NCBI GenBank assembly: GCA_964624175.1
Contig: CAZUWE010000003.1
Coordinates: forward strand, 33,636 to 97,635
Length of the DNA: 64,000 nt
Direction: 5' to 3'
Source of the DNA: an uncultured Candidatus Peribacteria bacterium
GTDB lineage: Bacteria > Patescibacteriota > Gracilibacteria > UBA1369 > 2-02-FULL-48-14
Shown: positions 9,624-19,122 of the stretch, in pieces
Position numbering within the stretch: the first letter of the stretch is position 1
How the letters are laid out: the number at the start of each line of letters is the position of its first letter
Program-made: the position numbers and the translations under genes
Notes under the pieces: generated by a model
Database searches by the model: none
Told to the model about the DNA's origin: nothing
What the model saw: the letters and a program-made list of their open reading frames with translations, nothing else

Positions 9624-10432
9624 AGCTGCTGAATTTCTTTCGCCTCTGCTGTGAGCGTTCGCATGTACTCAACGGGAGCTTTTCCTCCTGTTAAAATTTC
9701 GAAAAGAGGGAAAACTTGATTCAAAAACCACTGCTCGCCCGAGAGCGTATTTTTTACGCCTGCAGCACGCGCTTCTTCCAAAAATAAGCTGGTTTTCCCA
9801 TAGGCTGCATCCATAGCCACCTCCACGCTTCGCCACAGGTAAAAAGGCACAAGAGTCGACTGGCGATCCAAACTGCTGTGTGCGGTGGCATTGATGATGA
9901 TAGTGGGCTCTTCGCGGATGCTTTCAAGGTTCTCAATAAAGTCGATACCCAGTTTTTCCGCAAACTCTTTCGCGCGCTCGGGCGTCCGGTTCCACATGGT
10001 CACCAGTGCACCCTCCTTTTTGAGTCCATACGCCGCCCCTCGCGCCGCCCCTCCAGCACCCAAAATCAATACGCGCTTGCCTGCAGCCGATGACAAAATC
10101 TCATGGAGTGCGCCCATAGCCCCCAGCCAATCGGTGTCGTAGCCGTGCAGTTTTCCATCCTTATTCCACACCAAGTTCACCGCTTGAATGATGTCCACCT
10201 CCTCAGACGCTTCATCTAAGTACTTCATCGAGGGAGTCTTGTAGGGCATGGTCGCCACCACTCCTGCAAGGTCTCCTTTTTTTACACGTTCCATCACCTG
10301 AGGGAAGGCCTCCGGTTCAATGTCGTGGGTCTCAAATTCAATATCGAGTCCCGCTTGTTTGAGTGCTCCGTTCATCACGGGGGTCGTCAAACAGAACGAC
10401 AGTGGATGTCCTATGATCCAAAACTTTTTCAT
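9620..10432 (-). CDS. aroE: Shikimate dehydrogenase
   Basis: 270 aa with the Rossmann motif ILGAGGAARGAAYGL and an AroE-like N-terminal shikimate-binding region. Its start overlaps the upstream gene's stop by 1 nt. Confidence 0.8.
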   Translation of the reverse strand: MKKFWIIGHPLSFCLTTPVMNGALKQAGLDIEFETHDIEPEAFPQVMERVKKGDLAGVVATMPYKTPSMKYLDEASEEVDIIQAVNLVWNKDGKLHGYDTDWLGAMGALHEILSSAAGKRVLILGAGGAARGAAYGLKKEGALVTMWNRTPERAKEFAEKLGIDFIENLESIREEPTIIINATAHSSLDRQSTLVPFYLWRSVEVAMDAAYGKTSLFLEEARAAGVKNTLSGEQWFLNQVFPLFEILTGGKAPVEYMRTLTAEAKEIQQL

Positions 10433-11217
10433 TAACGTTTCTTCGTGAAAAATTCAGAAAGTCCTTCAAGCGCACGTGTCGCTTCGATAGGCACCATCCA
10501 AACCACCGTATTAGATGCATCTGAAGACATATCGTTGATAGATTCAAGCGTTCGGAGATGAAGTGCTCCAGGGCTTCCTGCGAGCATCTTAGCGGCCTTA
10601 CTGATGTTTTCAGCAGCCATGACTTCTCCCTCTGATTTGATAACTACGGCCCGTCGTTCACGCTCTGCTTCTGCTTCCTTACCAATCGTGCGCTTCATGT
10701 CATCTGGAATGATGATGTCTTTAAGCTCTACATTCACCACTTCGATTCCCCAGTCCTTCGTCATTTGAGCCACGATGACTTTGATCTTTTCAGAAAGGTC
10801 TTCACGCTTTGCAAGAAGGTCATCCAGCACTACTTCTCCCACTACATTTCGCATGGTTGTTTGCGCGAGTTGCATAGTTGCGTAGTAGAAATTCTCGATA
10901 TTGATGATCGCTTTTTGCGCATCAACCACCTTGAAGAAAAGCACAGCGTTCACTCCCACAGAAATGTTGTCCTTCGTAAGTGATTCTTGGCTTGGCACAT
11001 CCACAGCACGAACACGCAGATCCACTTTAGTCATGGATTGGAAAATGGGTATTACAAGGCGCCATCCTGCAGACTTAACCTTGCTGAACTTACCAAGGGA
11101 GAACTGAACTCCACGTTCATATTCGTTGATCTGACGAATACTGATGAGGAGAATGATACCGATAACAATGAGTGCGAAAGGCATAATTGCGATGAGAAAA
11201 ATAAGTAAGTCAGCCAT
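10432..11217 (-). CDS. SPFH/band-7 (stomatin/HflK-C-like) membrane protein
   Basis: 261 aa with an N-terminal TM helix followed by a typical SPFH core (...YERGVQFSLGKF..., ...DNISVGVNAVLFFKVVD..., the coiled stretch EAEAERERRA). Confidence 0.85.
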   Translation of the reverse strand: MADLLIFLIAIMPFALIVIGIILLISIRQINEYERGVQFSLGKFSKVKSAGWRLVIPIFQSMTKVDLRVRAVDVPSQESLTKDNISVGVNAVLFFKVVDAQKAIINIENFYYATMQLAQTTMRNVVGEVVLDDLLAKREDLSEKIKVIVAQMTKDWGIEVVNVELKDIIIPDDMKRTIGKEAEAERERRAVVIKSEGEVMAAENISKAAKMLAGSPGALHLRTLESINDMSSDASNTVVWMVPIEATRALEGLSEFFTKKR

Positions 11218-11222
11218 AGTTA

Positions 11223-12149
11223 TTATTTGGTAAGTGCCATCCAGTTCTTATAGAAGATCTTTCGTTGGATGGAGTCGGAAAGACCCAAGTCTTCCTCAAA
11301 TAAAGTAATATAGTCTCCATAAAGGTCTGTCAACCATTCTGTGGTCTTGTCTTCATAGCTCGTTACCACCGCGTCGGTAGCGAAAAGAACGCGGTCTTGG
11401 AAGGTTTCTAGGAAAGTTTTGTACTCTTCAGCGTTGGAGCGAATGGTTTCAAAGCCTTCTTCAGCAAAGTCGATGTGCCCAAAGCTGGTGTCCGTGTAGA
11501 GATTTGGAAACTCGGTCATTAGTGAGGTGAGGCGAGTCAAATTCTTTGAAGAGAGACAGAAGTGAGGACAGATAACCGTTAAATCTTCGTGGAGGGTAAG
11601 TACGTTGCGCAATTCGTCTTCATATTCACTCGTGTTCACGGGAAGCATGAGCAGCAGGCCCTTTTCTTCTAGAAGGGTATAGAAGTCATTGAGTTTGGCA
11701 TCGTCCAGGGGAACGTCGTGCGCGTAGCTGTATCCGTTGTAGAGTTTCACTCCCATCGCCCCGTCTTCAATGCAGGTTTCTAATTCATCAATGCGGAGAG
11801 GGTCGTTGGGGTCAAGTGTACAGAAGTAAGAGAACTGATCTGGATATTCTGCTACTGCTTGTTTGATGGCTTCGTTGTTTTCGTCCACTTCGCCCAGGTC
11901 TACGGCGTCTCCTTCGAAATAAAGAAGGTCTTTGGGTATACCGTGAAGTACGGTGCGCTCAATGCCTAGCTCAGCCATGGTGGACTGAAGCTTAACAATG
12001 TCCGCCACACTTTCAACAGATTCATGTGCATTCACAATGGCGAGCGGCTTACGCATGAAAAAGGCTAATAGAAGCCCAACAACAATAAGAACGCCCAGAC
12101 CAACGAGTAGAGGAAATTGGGCAGGGTGTGGAGTTTTTTTGGATGCCAT
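11223..12149 (-). CDS. Membrane-anchored metal-dependent amidohydrolase-like (TIM-barrel) protein
   Basis: 308 aa with an N-terminal TM helix. The pattern ...YFCTLDPNDP...ETCIEDGAMGVKLYNG... resembles the amidohydrolase_2 family. This is a motif-level call only. Confidence 0.55.
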   Translation of the reverse strand: MASKKTPHPAQFPLLVGLGVLIVVGLLLAFFMRKPLAIVNAHESVESVADIVKLQSTMAELGIERTVLHGIPKDLLYFEGDAVDLGEVDENNEAIKQAVAEYPDQFSYFCTLDPNDPLRIDELETCIEDGAMGVKLYNGYSYAHDVPLDDAKLNDFYTLLEEKGLLLMLPVNTSEYEDELRNVLTLHEDLTVICPHFCLSSKNLTRLTSLMTEFPNLYTDTSFGHIDFAEEGFETIRSNAEEYKTFLETFQDRVLFATDAVVTSYEDKTTEWLTDLYGDYITLFEEDLGLSDSIQRKIFYKNWMALTK

Positions 12150-12201
12150 AGTGGTGGATTACGTGGATCAGTATGGCATAATACTAAAAAATTTCAACGT
12201 A

Positions 12202-12783
12202 ATGACAGAATACCTTTTCGAGAAGTTGGGGCCAAACGTGCGAGCGGGCATTTGGAACGATGCAAGTGAGCCTCCTTTTAAGGTGCAGCGGATGAACCAA
12301 GTGCACGGAACGACTTTGGTGGAAGTGAACGAATACGGCGAGGCGCCGGAAGCAGATGCCCTGGTGACGCGAGTACCTGGACTGCGTATTGCTGTAAAGA
12401 CGGCAGACTGCATTCCATTGGTTTTTTTGGGTGATGGCTTTGTGGCAGTGGTGCATGCAGGTTGGCGCGGGCTTACGGCTGATATCATCCCAAATGTTTT
12501 GGCGCAGCTGGGACCTGTGCACAGCGTTGCGGTTGGACCTTCACTTGGAGTTGAGTGTGCCGAGTTTTCCGACCCGCACACAGAAATCCCTCAAAAATTC
12601 CACTGGGCAATCCGTGAAAAACAGGTAGATTTGAATGCAATTGCACGCCGGCAACTCGACGAGGCCGGCATCACCGATATTGAATGGCTCGACCTTTGTA
12701 CACGCTGTGATTCGGGCTGGCCTTCATGGCGTCGTGATCAAACCACTCAGCGTTTCTTGACGTGGGCGGAGCTTATTTCCTAG
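12202..12783 (+). CDS. pgeF: YfiH/PgeF (DUF152, purine nucleoside phosphorylase/peptidoglycan editing factor family)
   Basis: Conserved blocks are present: QVHGTTLVEV, EADALVT, AVKTADCIPLVF, VHAGWRG. The ORF-track start at 11998 is antisense to the neighbouring gene. The ATG at 12202 (MTEYLFEKLG) is chosen as the start. Confidence 0.75.
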   Translation: MTEYLFEKLGPNVRAGIWNDASEPPFKVQRMNQVHGTTLVEVNEYGEAPEADALVTRVPGLRIAVKTADCIPLVFLGDGFVAVVHAGWRGLTADIIPNVLAQLGPVHSVAVGPSLGVECAEFSDPHTEIPQKFHWAIREKQVDLNAIARRQLDEAGITDIEWLDLCTRCDSGWPSWRRDQTTQRFLTWAELIS

Positions 12784-12869
12784 CTTACTCCCGGGAGTGA
12801 ACGGTAAGCCATTTCTTTAGCATGGCAAGGGGGGTGGCTTTTTTGAGGGTTTTCTGGCAAAATACCCCC

Positions 12870-13826
12870 ATGAAAACTCTTTTACGACTCCTTTTAAGTG
12901 CCCCCATTGACTTTGCAGTGGGAGGGCAAGCCGTGATTGAAGGGGTGATGATGCGTTCTCCCCACTACACCATTGTAAGTGTACGGGACCCTCAGGGAAA
13001 AATTCAGATGAAGCTAGAAAAGTTTCAAAGCCTCACTGAACGTGTTAAAATTCTAAAATTGCCACTGATTCGGGGGGTGGTGCATTTGGTTGAATCGATG
13101 CGCCTTGGATACCGCTCACTCAACTTTTCAAATGAAGTATTCATGGGTGAGGACGAGACGGACAAAAAGAACCGTGGAAAATTCATGAATTTCCTTCTGG
13201 CAGCACTGGGCGTGGCTTCGGCTCTTGTGAGCATTGGCTTCACCCTATTTATGCTCAAGGTGCTTCCGCTGTGGGTAGCCAACCAGGCAGCTGAGCTGTG
13301 GCCAGTGGTTAAAGAAAACTACTTGCTCTTCAATGCCATCGATGGACTTACAAAAATCACGATCTTCCTCACCTACATCACGGGGATTTCTTTCTTTAAA
13401 GACATTTGGCGTGTGTTTCAGTACCACGGTGCCGAGCACAAATCCATTTGGACCTATGAACATGGGCTTGAGCTCACGGTGAAGAACGCACGTAAGCAAA
13501 CTCGCTTCCACCCCCGCTGTGGAACCAGCTTCATCTTTATTGTGATTTTCATGAGCATCTTTGTGTACACGGTGGTTCCCCCAGCAGATACTTTTGCGAT
13601 ACAGCTTGCGCTGCGCATTGCGGTGATTCCGCTTATTGCAGGGATCAGCTACGAGCTGCTAAAATTCAGTGCTAAATTCCAAAAATCTCGGCTCGTGCAG
13701 CTACTCGTTCTCCCTGGTTTACTTATTCAAAGACTCACCACTAAAGAGCCTGAGGACGCTCAACTAGAGGTTGCGCTCAACTCGCTCAAGGAGTCTCTTA
13801 AAATGGAGGAAACTCTCGTTGCATGA
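12870..13826 (+). CDS. DUF1385-family membrane protein
   Basis: It has the characteristic N-terminal GGQAVIEGVMMRSP block, the HGAEHK motif and several TM helices. The ATG at 12870 (MKTLLRLL) is preferred over the 12822 start. Confidence 0.75.
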   Translation: MKTLLRLLLSAPIDFAVGGQAVIEGVMMRSPHYTIVSVRDPQGKIQMKLEKFQSLTERVKILKLPLIRGVVHLVESMRLGYRSLNFSNEVFMGEDETDKKNRGKFMNFLLAALGVASALVSIGFTLFMLKVLPLWVANQAAELWPVVKENYLLFNAIDGLTKITIFLTYITGISFFKDIWRVFQYHGAEHKSIWTYEHGLELTVKNARKQTRFHPRCGTSFIFIVIFMSIFVYTVVPPADTFAIQLALRIAVIPLIAGISYELLKFSAKFQKSRLVQLLVLPGLLIQRLTTKEPEDAQLEVALNSLKESLKMEETLVA

Positions 13827-15826
13827 AAGTTCAACAAATAAAACGCAATAAGCCACGCATCGCTATGCTGATTAGTACGTGGTTCCCGGTGCACACTGGG
13901 CAGCAAGTGTACACGGCCAAACTTGCAGAAGCCCTGAGCAAAGAATACGGATATGAAGTAGACATTTTGACACGTGCGATTCGTGGACGAACGACTCTTG
14001 AACAAAAAGAACTTGAGAAGGTTCCGGCGCTTCATGTGAAGAAATTTGGATTCAAATCGCACCCATGGAACCTATTTATGCAAGTGGGGTATATGATTTG
14101 GGTGTTCTTTAGACTGCTCTGGAAAGGCAAGGATTATTCCATTTATCACGCACAAGGAGCGACCTGTGCGGCAGCGATGAAAGCGGCCTCTTGGTTCACT
14201 CGCGTGCCCACACTGGTGACGGTGCATGGCAACCACGTGTTTGAAAAAGCATGGACACTGAAGAAGATTATTCATCGGGTGATGTTTCTTGAAACCAAGT
14301 ACACGCAGGAAGTGAGCATTGCTGAGAATTTTTTGAAAGCCATCAATGTGAATGAGCGTATTGCGGTGGTGCCCTATGGAGTGAACACGGAACCTTTTGA
14401 TGCCGCTTCCGTAGCTCGCTCCCCTGAGCAGTTCAACGTGCTGTATGTGGGACGCATCGACACGCAAAAAGGAATCGACAATTTGCTGCGCGCGACCAAG
14501 AAAGTGATCGAGTCTAATGGTTTCATTCAGTCGCACAAAGACTTCATGCTCCACCTTGTTGGAGACGGACCTGATCGCAAGGGGCTTGAGCGCATGGCGG
14601 AGAAACTTGGCCTCACCAAATTCGTACGTTTTTATGGCTATGTGATGGGAGAAGACCTGGTGCAAATGTACAAGGCTTGTGACCTTTTTGTGTTGCCCTC
14701 CCGCACGGAGGCCTTCCCCCTTTCAGTACTCGAGGCCTGTGCAGCGCACCTGCCTATTTTGGCCACCAACACGGGAGATCTTCGTAACGTTGTGATTGAA
14801 AATGTGAATGGACATTTGGTGGAACCCGACGATGTGGACGAACTCGCGTACTACCTTGAATACTTTGCTGGAAATCCACATTTGGAGAAACTTGGACAAG
14901 GAAGTTATGACCTCGTGGTACAGGAATATTCGTGGGACAAGACCATTCAAAAAATGCTGCGCATCTATGAAAATATGATGACAGAAAAAGCACTCAAACA
15001 AATGCGCACCCATGACCACTTTTTGCCCTGGCAGATTCCCGGCATGTTCATGGCAGCACGTGGAAAAAATAAGACATATAAAGGCAAGGCGCCGCTGTGT
15101 TTTTGTTTAACGTCGAACCTAGTACAAGCGCATGTCACCGATGAACTGCCACACGAAAATGCAGAGATTCCGATGTTCCTTGAGCGCTTCACCGAGTTTT
15201 GTGCGCAGCTCGAAGTACCCAGCACCATTTTCATTCAAAGCGATTTGCTCGAGCCTTTTGCAGAAGAGCTGAAAACTTTACATGAAGGTGGGCACGAGTT
15301 AGGAGTGAAAATTTTGGATCAAGAGTGGCTCACGGCACCGATGCGTCGCAGCACCCTTCGCGACTTGCGCAACCGTTTAGACCAGCTCGGGCTCAGTGAT
15401 GTTCGCATGCTGCGTGTGCCACTGGAACTCAGTGAACAGGATCTTGAAATCATGCATGAGGCTGGCTTCGACAGCTTGCCCACTAGCGAAGATCCCTATC
15501 CCCATGTGGAGTTCCACTGGGGCGTGCCTTTTGGACACATTCTCAAAATGAATTTGATGTCCTTCATTAAGTGGGACGACGAAGAGTTGCTCGAAGCAGT
15601 GAACCGCCTGCGAGCTTACGAAAAAGACAATGGCGTGCATCCATTCCTGATTTTTGAATGTGACAGCACTGAGTTCACCTCACGCGAAGAACTTGAGCAT
15701 GCAAGTGGAGAAAACTTCACTCTGCTCTCTAAAAAACTTGCCTTCCTTGGGGAGCACATGGACCTCGAGTACCACACCTTGAGCGAATTCATGAAATCTT
15801 GTAAAGTAAGCCCTAAACATGAATAG
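13823..15826 (+). CDS. GT4-family glycosyltransferase fused to a ~260-aa C-terminal NodB/polysaccharide-deacetylase-like domain
   Basis: 667 aa. The N-terminal ~390 aa have a GT-B layout (...[14 protein letters not shown]..., ...[17 protein letters not shown]...). The C-terminal part has GGHELGVK and a beta/alpha pattern. Its start forms an ATGA overlap with the upstream stop. Confidence 0.7.
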   Translation: MKVQQIKRNKPRIAMLISTWFPVHTGQQVYTAKLAEALSKEYGYEVDILTRAIRGRTTLEQKELEKVPALHVKKFGFKSHPWNLFMQVGYMIWVFFRLLWKGKDYSIYHAQGATCAAAMKAASWFTRVPTLVTVHGNHVFEKAWTLKKIIHRVMFLETKYTQEVSIAENFLKAINVNERIAVVPYGVNTEPFDAASVARSPEQFNVLYVGRIDTQKGIDNLLRATKKVIESNGFIQSHKDFMLHLVGDGPDRKGLERMAEKLGLTKFVRFYGYVMGEDLVQMYKACDLFVLPSRTEAFPLSVLEACAAHLPILATNTGDLRNVVIENVNGHLVEPDDVDELAYYLEYFAGNPHLEKLGQGSYDLVVQEYSWDKTIQKMLRIYENMMTEKALKQMRTHDHFLPWQIPGMFMAARGKNKTYKGKAPLCFCLTSNLVQAHVTDELPHENAEIPMFLERFTEFCAQLEVPSTIFIQSDLLEPFAEELKTLHEGGHELGVKILDQEWLTAPMRRSTLRDLRNRLDQLGLSDVRMLRVPLELSEQDLEIMHEAGFDSLPTSEDPYPHVEFHWGVPFGHILKMNLMSFIKWDDEELLEAVNRLRAYEKDNGVHPFLIFECDSTEFTSREELEHASGENFTLLSKKLAFLGEHMDLEYHTLSEFMKSCKVSPKHE

Positions 15827-16952
15827 CTTTTTGTTCACATCGGAATCGGTGACGGAGGGTCATCCGGATAAAATCGCAGACCAAATTTCGGACGCAGTCC
15901 TGGATGCAATCCTCGAAAAAGACCCAATGGGACGTGTGGCTTGCGAAACGCTTGTGACCACGGGACTCGTTTTGGTGGCGGGAGAAATCAGTACCAAAAC
16001 CTATGTGGATATTCCAGGCATCGCGCGCAAAGTGATTGAAGAAATTGGTTATGATGACGCCTCCTACGGCTTTGATTCCAAAGCCTGCAGCGTACTCACG
16101 GCTATTGATGAACAAAGCCCAGACATTGCGATGGGAGTGGATACTGGAGGAGCGGGAGACCAAGGAATGATGTTTGGATTCGCTTGTGATGAAACACCAG
16201 AGTTTATGCCCTTGCCCATCTCGCTCGCGCACAAACTCACGGCTGCGCTCGCTAAGGCGCGCAAAGAAGGGGTGCTACCCTATCTACGCCCTGATGGAAA
16301 GAGCCAAGTCACCGTTGAATACGTGGATGGAAAACCAAAATCTGTACACACCGTGGTGATTTCAACGCAGCACAACCCCGATGTGAGCCAAGAACAAATT
16401 CGCGAAGATCTCATTGAAAAAATCATTAAGCCCGTGTGTGGCAAATACCTCAGCGACGCGACTATTTTTCATATTAACCCCACGGGCCGATTCATCATTG
16501 GTGGGCCTCCCGGGGATAGTGGACTAACGGGTCGTAAAATCATTGTGGACACCTACGGAGGTATGGGCCACCACGGAGGTGGAGCCTTTTCTGGGAAGGA
16601 TCCGTCTAAAGTGGATCGCAGCGCGGCGTACATGGCCCGCTACATCGCTAAGAACCTTGTGGCCGCTGGGCTTGCGAGCAAATGTGAAGTTCAGCTCGCC
16701 TACGCTATAGGAGTGGCTGAGCCCGTTTCCATTTATGTAAATACTTTTGGAACAGGAAGTGTCCCTGAAGAAAAAATTGTCGAGCTCATTCGCAAAAACT
16801 TTGAGCTCACACCCAAGGGAATCATCGAGAGCTTAAATTTACGTCGCCCGATCTACCGTAGCACTGCCGCCTATGGGCATTTTGGCCGCGAATTAGAGGC
16901 GTTCACATGGGAACGTGTGAACAAGGCTGATGCGCTCAAGCGAGGGCTTTAA
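15819..16952 (+). CDS. metK: S-adenosylmethionine synthetase
   Basis: 377 aa with textbook MetK motifs ([35 protein letters not shown]). It overlaps the upstream gene by 8 nt. Confidence 0.95.
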   Translation: MNSFLFTSESVTEGHPDKIADQISDAVLDAILEKDPMGRVACETLVTTGLVLVAGEISTKTYVDIPGIARKVIEEIGYDDASYGFDSKACSVLTAIDEQSPDIAMGVDTGGAGDQGMMFGFACDETPEFMPLPISLAHKLTAALAKARKEGVLPYLRPDGKSQVTVEYVDGKPKSVHTVVISTQHNPDVSQEQIREDLIEKIIKPVCGKYLSDATIFHINPTGRFIIGGPPGDSGLTGRKIIVDTYGGMGHHGGGAFSGKDPSKVDRSAAYMARYIAKNLVAAGLASKCEVQLAYAIGVAEPVSIYVNTFGTGSVPEEKIVELIRKNFELTPKGIIESLNLRRPIYRSTAAYGHFGRELEAFTWERVNKADALKRGL

Positions 16953-16971
16953 AACTGCAATTTACGTAAAC

Positions 16972-17004
16972 AAAAACCCCGGCGAAGAGCCGGGGTTTTA
17001 TTTT
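16972..17004. terminator. Bidirectional rho-independent terminator between convergent metK and the SLH gene
   Basis: The sequence is AAAAA-CCCCGGC-GAAGA-GCCGGGG-TTTTATTTT. It forms a 7-bp GC stem flanked by an A-run and a T-run. Confidence 0.8.
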
Positions 17005-17019
17005 CATTCTTAGCCTCTC

Positions 17020-18996
17020 TTAGAAGTACATGTTGTAGAGGATCTTAATAGCTTCTGCACGGGTGATCGAAGCACCTGCATTGAAGCACATTCCCCCATC
17101 ACACTCGCTTCCTGAAACAAACTCCCACTCGGTTGCTAAAGTTACCAACTCAGCGTACCAAGCAGAGGTATCTAGATCTTCGTAAGCATCGGTTACGTCA
17201 CTAGCCATAATAGAGTCCGCCTCTTCCTGCATTCCATCCATCAAGTAAAGATAGAGGTTCACAGACATTTGGAGGAACTCTGCGCGGTTGATTTCTTCAC
17301 TTGGCTCGTAGGTTCCGTCAGGGTTTCCTTCAACGATGCCAAGGTCTTTGAGGCCTGCAACGTATCCGGCGTACCATGCGTCCATATCTACATCTTCAAA
17401 TGGATCTTTACTAGGATCGCTAGGCTCAGAAACTGAGTAGATTCTCCACAGAATCGCAGCAGCTTCTGCGCGGTTTAGATTTCCGTCTGGACTGAAGCTT
17501 CCATCAGGATTTCCTTGTGCAACTCCAGCTTCCGCCATTACTTGTATTTCCCACTGCGCCCAGTGTCCATCGGTATCGGTGAACTCAACCTCTTCCATTT
17601 CATCAGTAGTGTCTTCGTCATCGCTAGTATCGTCAGTGGTTTCGTTTTCATCGGTAGTGTCGTCCGTGGTCGTGTCGTTTTCATCACTGGTGTCTTCTTC
17701 GTCTGTAACCGTATCATCGCTGTCGCTCGTGAAGCTAACGGTCAAAGTCACTTCATCGGTGAGTGTACCGGTGCGTCCGCTTCCGTACGCACGGAGTTGA
17801 TAGGTAACCACATCTCCTTCTTCTACGTCTTCATCTACAAAGGTTTCTACCCCTGCTGCAACGGTTGCGTACACAGTACCGTTAACAGGCAGTGGGTCGG
17901 TTCCCTTGAGAATTTGAATTTCAGTGGTGTCGTCGTCTGGATCGTTCCAGTTGAGTACCACGGCTCCATCTTGATTTTCAGCAGTGAGGCCAGTAGGAGT
18001 TCCTACGGTTACGCTCACTGTATTTCCCACGATTGTGCTAGCGGGCACGTTCACATCTTTTTGAATTTCATTTCCTGCTCCAATGGTGAGTACCACGGTG
18101 TAAATGTTCGTAGACCCGGTGCTAGATGGGTTTCGAATATTCTGAAGAGTGAATGACTTGGTTCCACCGGAAGTATTGGATGTGTTGTTTTCCGTCAATG
18201 TCACGACCTGTCCACTTCGAGTCGCTGTCCAGTTCGCAGCCGTTAGTCCACTTGTGAGTATGGGGGTCTGTGAAGTTCCAAAGTCCGTAAGATCGAATCC
18301 ATTTGGAAAAGTCACTACGATCTTTCCTTGTTGAGGAATGCTCGCTGTGCTGGTGAAGTTGACGGTCACATTCCCAGTTGCTCCCACGCTGGTTGAAGCA
18401 GGAGCTACACTAACTCCAGTCAGAGTTCCAGCATTTACTGGCTGGCTGATGGTATTGGTGGTTGGACGGAAAGTATTGTTTGAAGAAGTGTTGGCATCTA
18501 CCTGAATCAAGGATTTGTTGCTAGTGGCGTTCATCGCGTACGCAGAAGCGATCTTCAAACCTGAAACCGTTACGGTCTCTCCGTTTGCGTCGTCTCCTCC
18601 TCCAGTTAAGAGGGTGAACGTTGCAATGGTTTTAGACCCGTTATAAGTAACGGCAGGTGTTCCTGTGGCTCCAAAGGTTCCACCAATAGTTACCACCGTT
18701 ACAGAGTTATCAAAAGCCAAGCTTGGATAGTCCACTGTGTTAATGGCGATATCAAAGCTTTCGGTATCAGCGATATCATCACCTCCGTTAGAAGAAATGG
18801 TGATCATACCTAAGGTCTCAGAAGCATTTCCTACGACTGGTATCGTAGCATCTCCTCCAAGAGTGTCTCCTCCAGTAACGTTGAAGTCACCGGCGGCAGC
18901 AAAGGCGGATGCTGTCCCAAGGATAAAGAAAGCTCCTACCGCCAGCAAGGAGTTTAACAGGGTTCTAACCCTAAATAGGCGTGGTGTATCTAGCAT
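17020..18996 (-). CDS. Secreted surface protein with a C-terminal triple SLH anchor
   Basis: 658 aa with a signal peptide (...GTASAFAAAG), a Thr/Ser/Gly-rich beta region and an FN3-like module (VVLNWNDPDDDTTEIQILKG...). An acidic D/T/E linker follows, then SLH repeats (GHWAQWEIQVMAEAGVAQGNPDGSFSPDGNLNRAEAAAIL...). Confidence 0.85.
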   Translation of the reverse strand: MLDTPRLFRVRTLLNSLLAVGAFFILGTASAFAAAGDFNVTGGDTLGGDATIPVVGNASETLGMITISSNGGDDIADTESFDIAINTVDYPSLAFDNSVTVVTIGGTFGATGTPAVTYNGSKTIATFTLLTGGGDDANGETVTVSGLKIASAYAMNATSNKSLIQVDANTSSNNTFRPTTNTISQPVNAGTLTGVSVAPASTSVGATGNVTVNFTSTASIPQQGKIVVTFPNGFDLTDFGTSQTPILTSGLTAANWTATRSGQVVTLTENNTSNTSGGTKSFTLQNIRNPSSTGSTNIYTVVLTIGAGNEIQKDVNVPASTIVGNTVSVTVGTPTGLTAENQDGAVVLNWNDPDDDTTEIQILKGTDPLPVNGTVYATVAAGVETFVDEDVEEGDVVTYQLRAYGSGRTGTLTDEVTLTVSFTSDSDDTVTDEEDTSDENDTTTDDTTDENETTDDTSDDEDTTDEMEEVEFTDTDGHWAQWEIQVMAEAGVAQGNPDGSFSPDGNLNRAEAAAILWRIYSVSEPSDPSKDPFEDVDMDAWYAGYVAGLKDLGIVEGNPDGTYEPSEEINRAEFLQMSVNLYLYLMDGMQEEADSIMASDVTDAYEDLDTSAWYAELVTLATEWEFVSGSECDGGMCFNAGASITRAEAIKILYNMYF

Positions 18997-19122
18997 GTGT
19001 GGAGAACTTAAGAATAAATGGCTGCGCGAATTATCTACCTCAAAAAGACTTAGAGCAAACGGGCTCCAAGCCTTTCATTTGACGAGGCTTGTATTGTGTT
19101 TTGGATATGAGGCACTCGAGAA

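Noticed and set aside
11998-12201. The long N-terminal extension of the pgeF ORF in the track (start 11998). The same issue applies to xerC (56606), gdhA (31692), prsW (61779), nrdR (61658), DUF1385 (12822) and the 805-aa ORF (9052, TTG).
   Set aside because: The extensions overlap neighbouring genes or are antisense to them. They have non-protein-like composition and precede an in-frame ATG that gives the family-typical N-terminus. The track also counts GTG and TTG as starts.
15700-15830. A SAM riboswitch upstream of metK.
   Set aside because: The metK start overlaps the preceding glycosyltransferase coding sequence by 8 nt, so there is no leader in which a riboswitch could reside.
19067-19091. 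The hairpin CAAGCCT-N11-AGGCTTG between the two SLH paralogs might be a terminator.
   Set aside because: No U-run follows it on the coding (minus) strand, so it cannot be called a rho-independent terminator with confidence.
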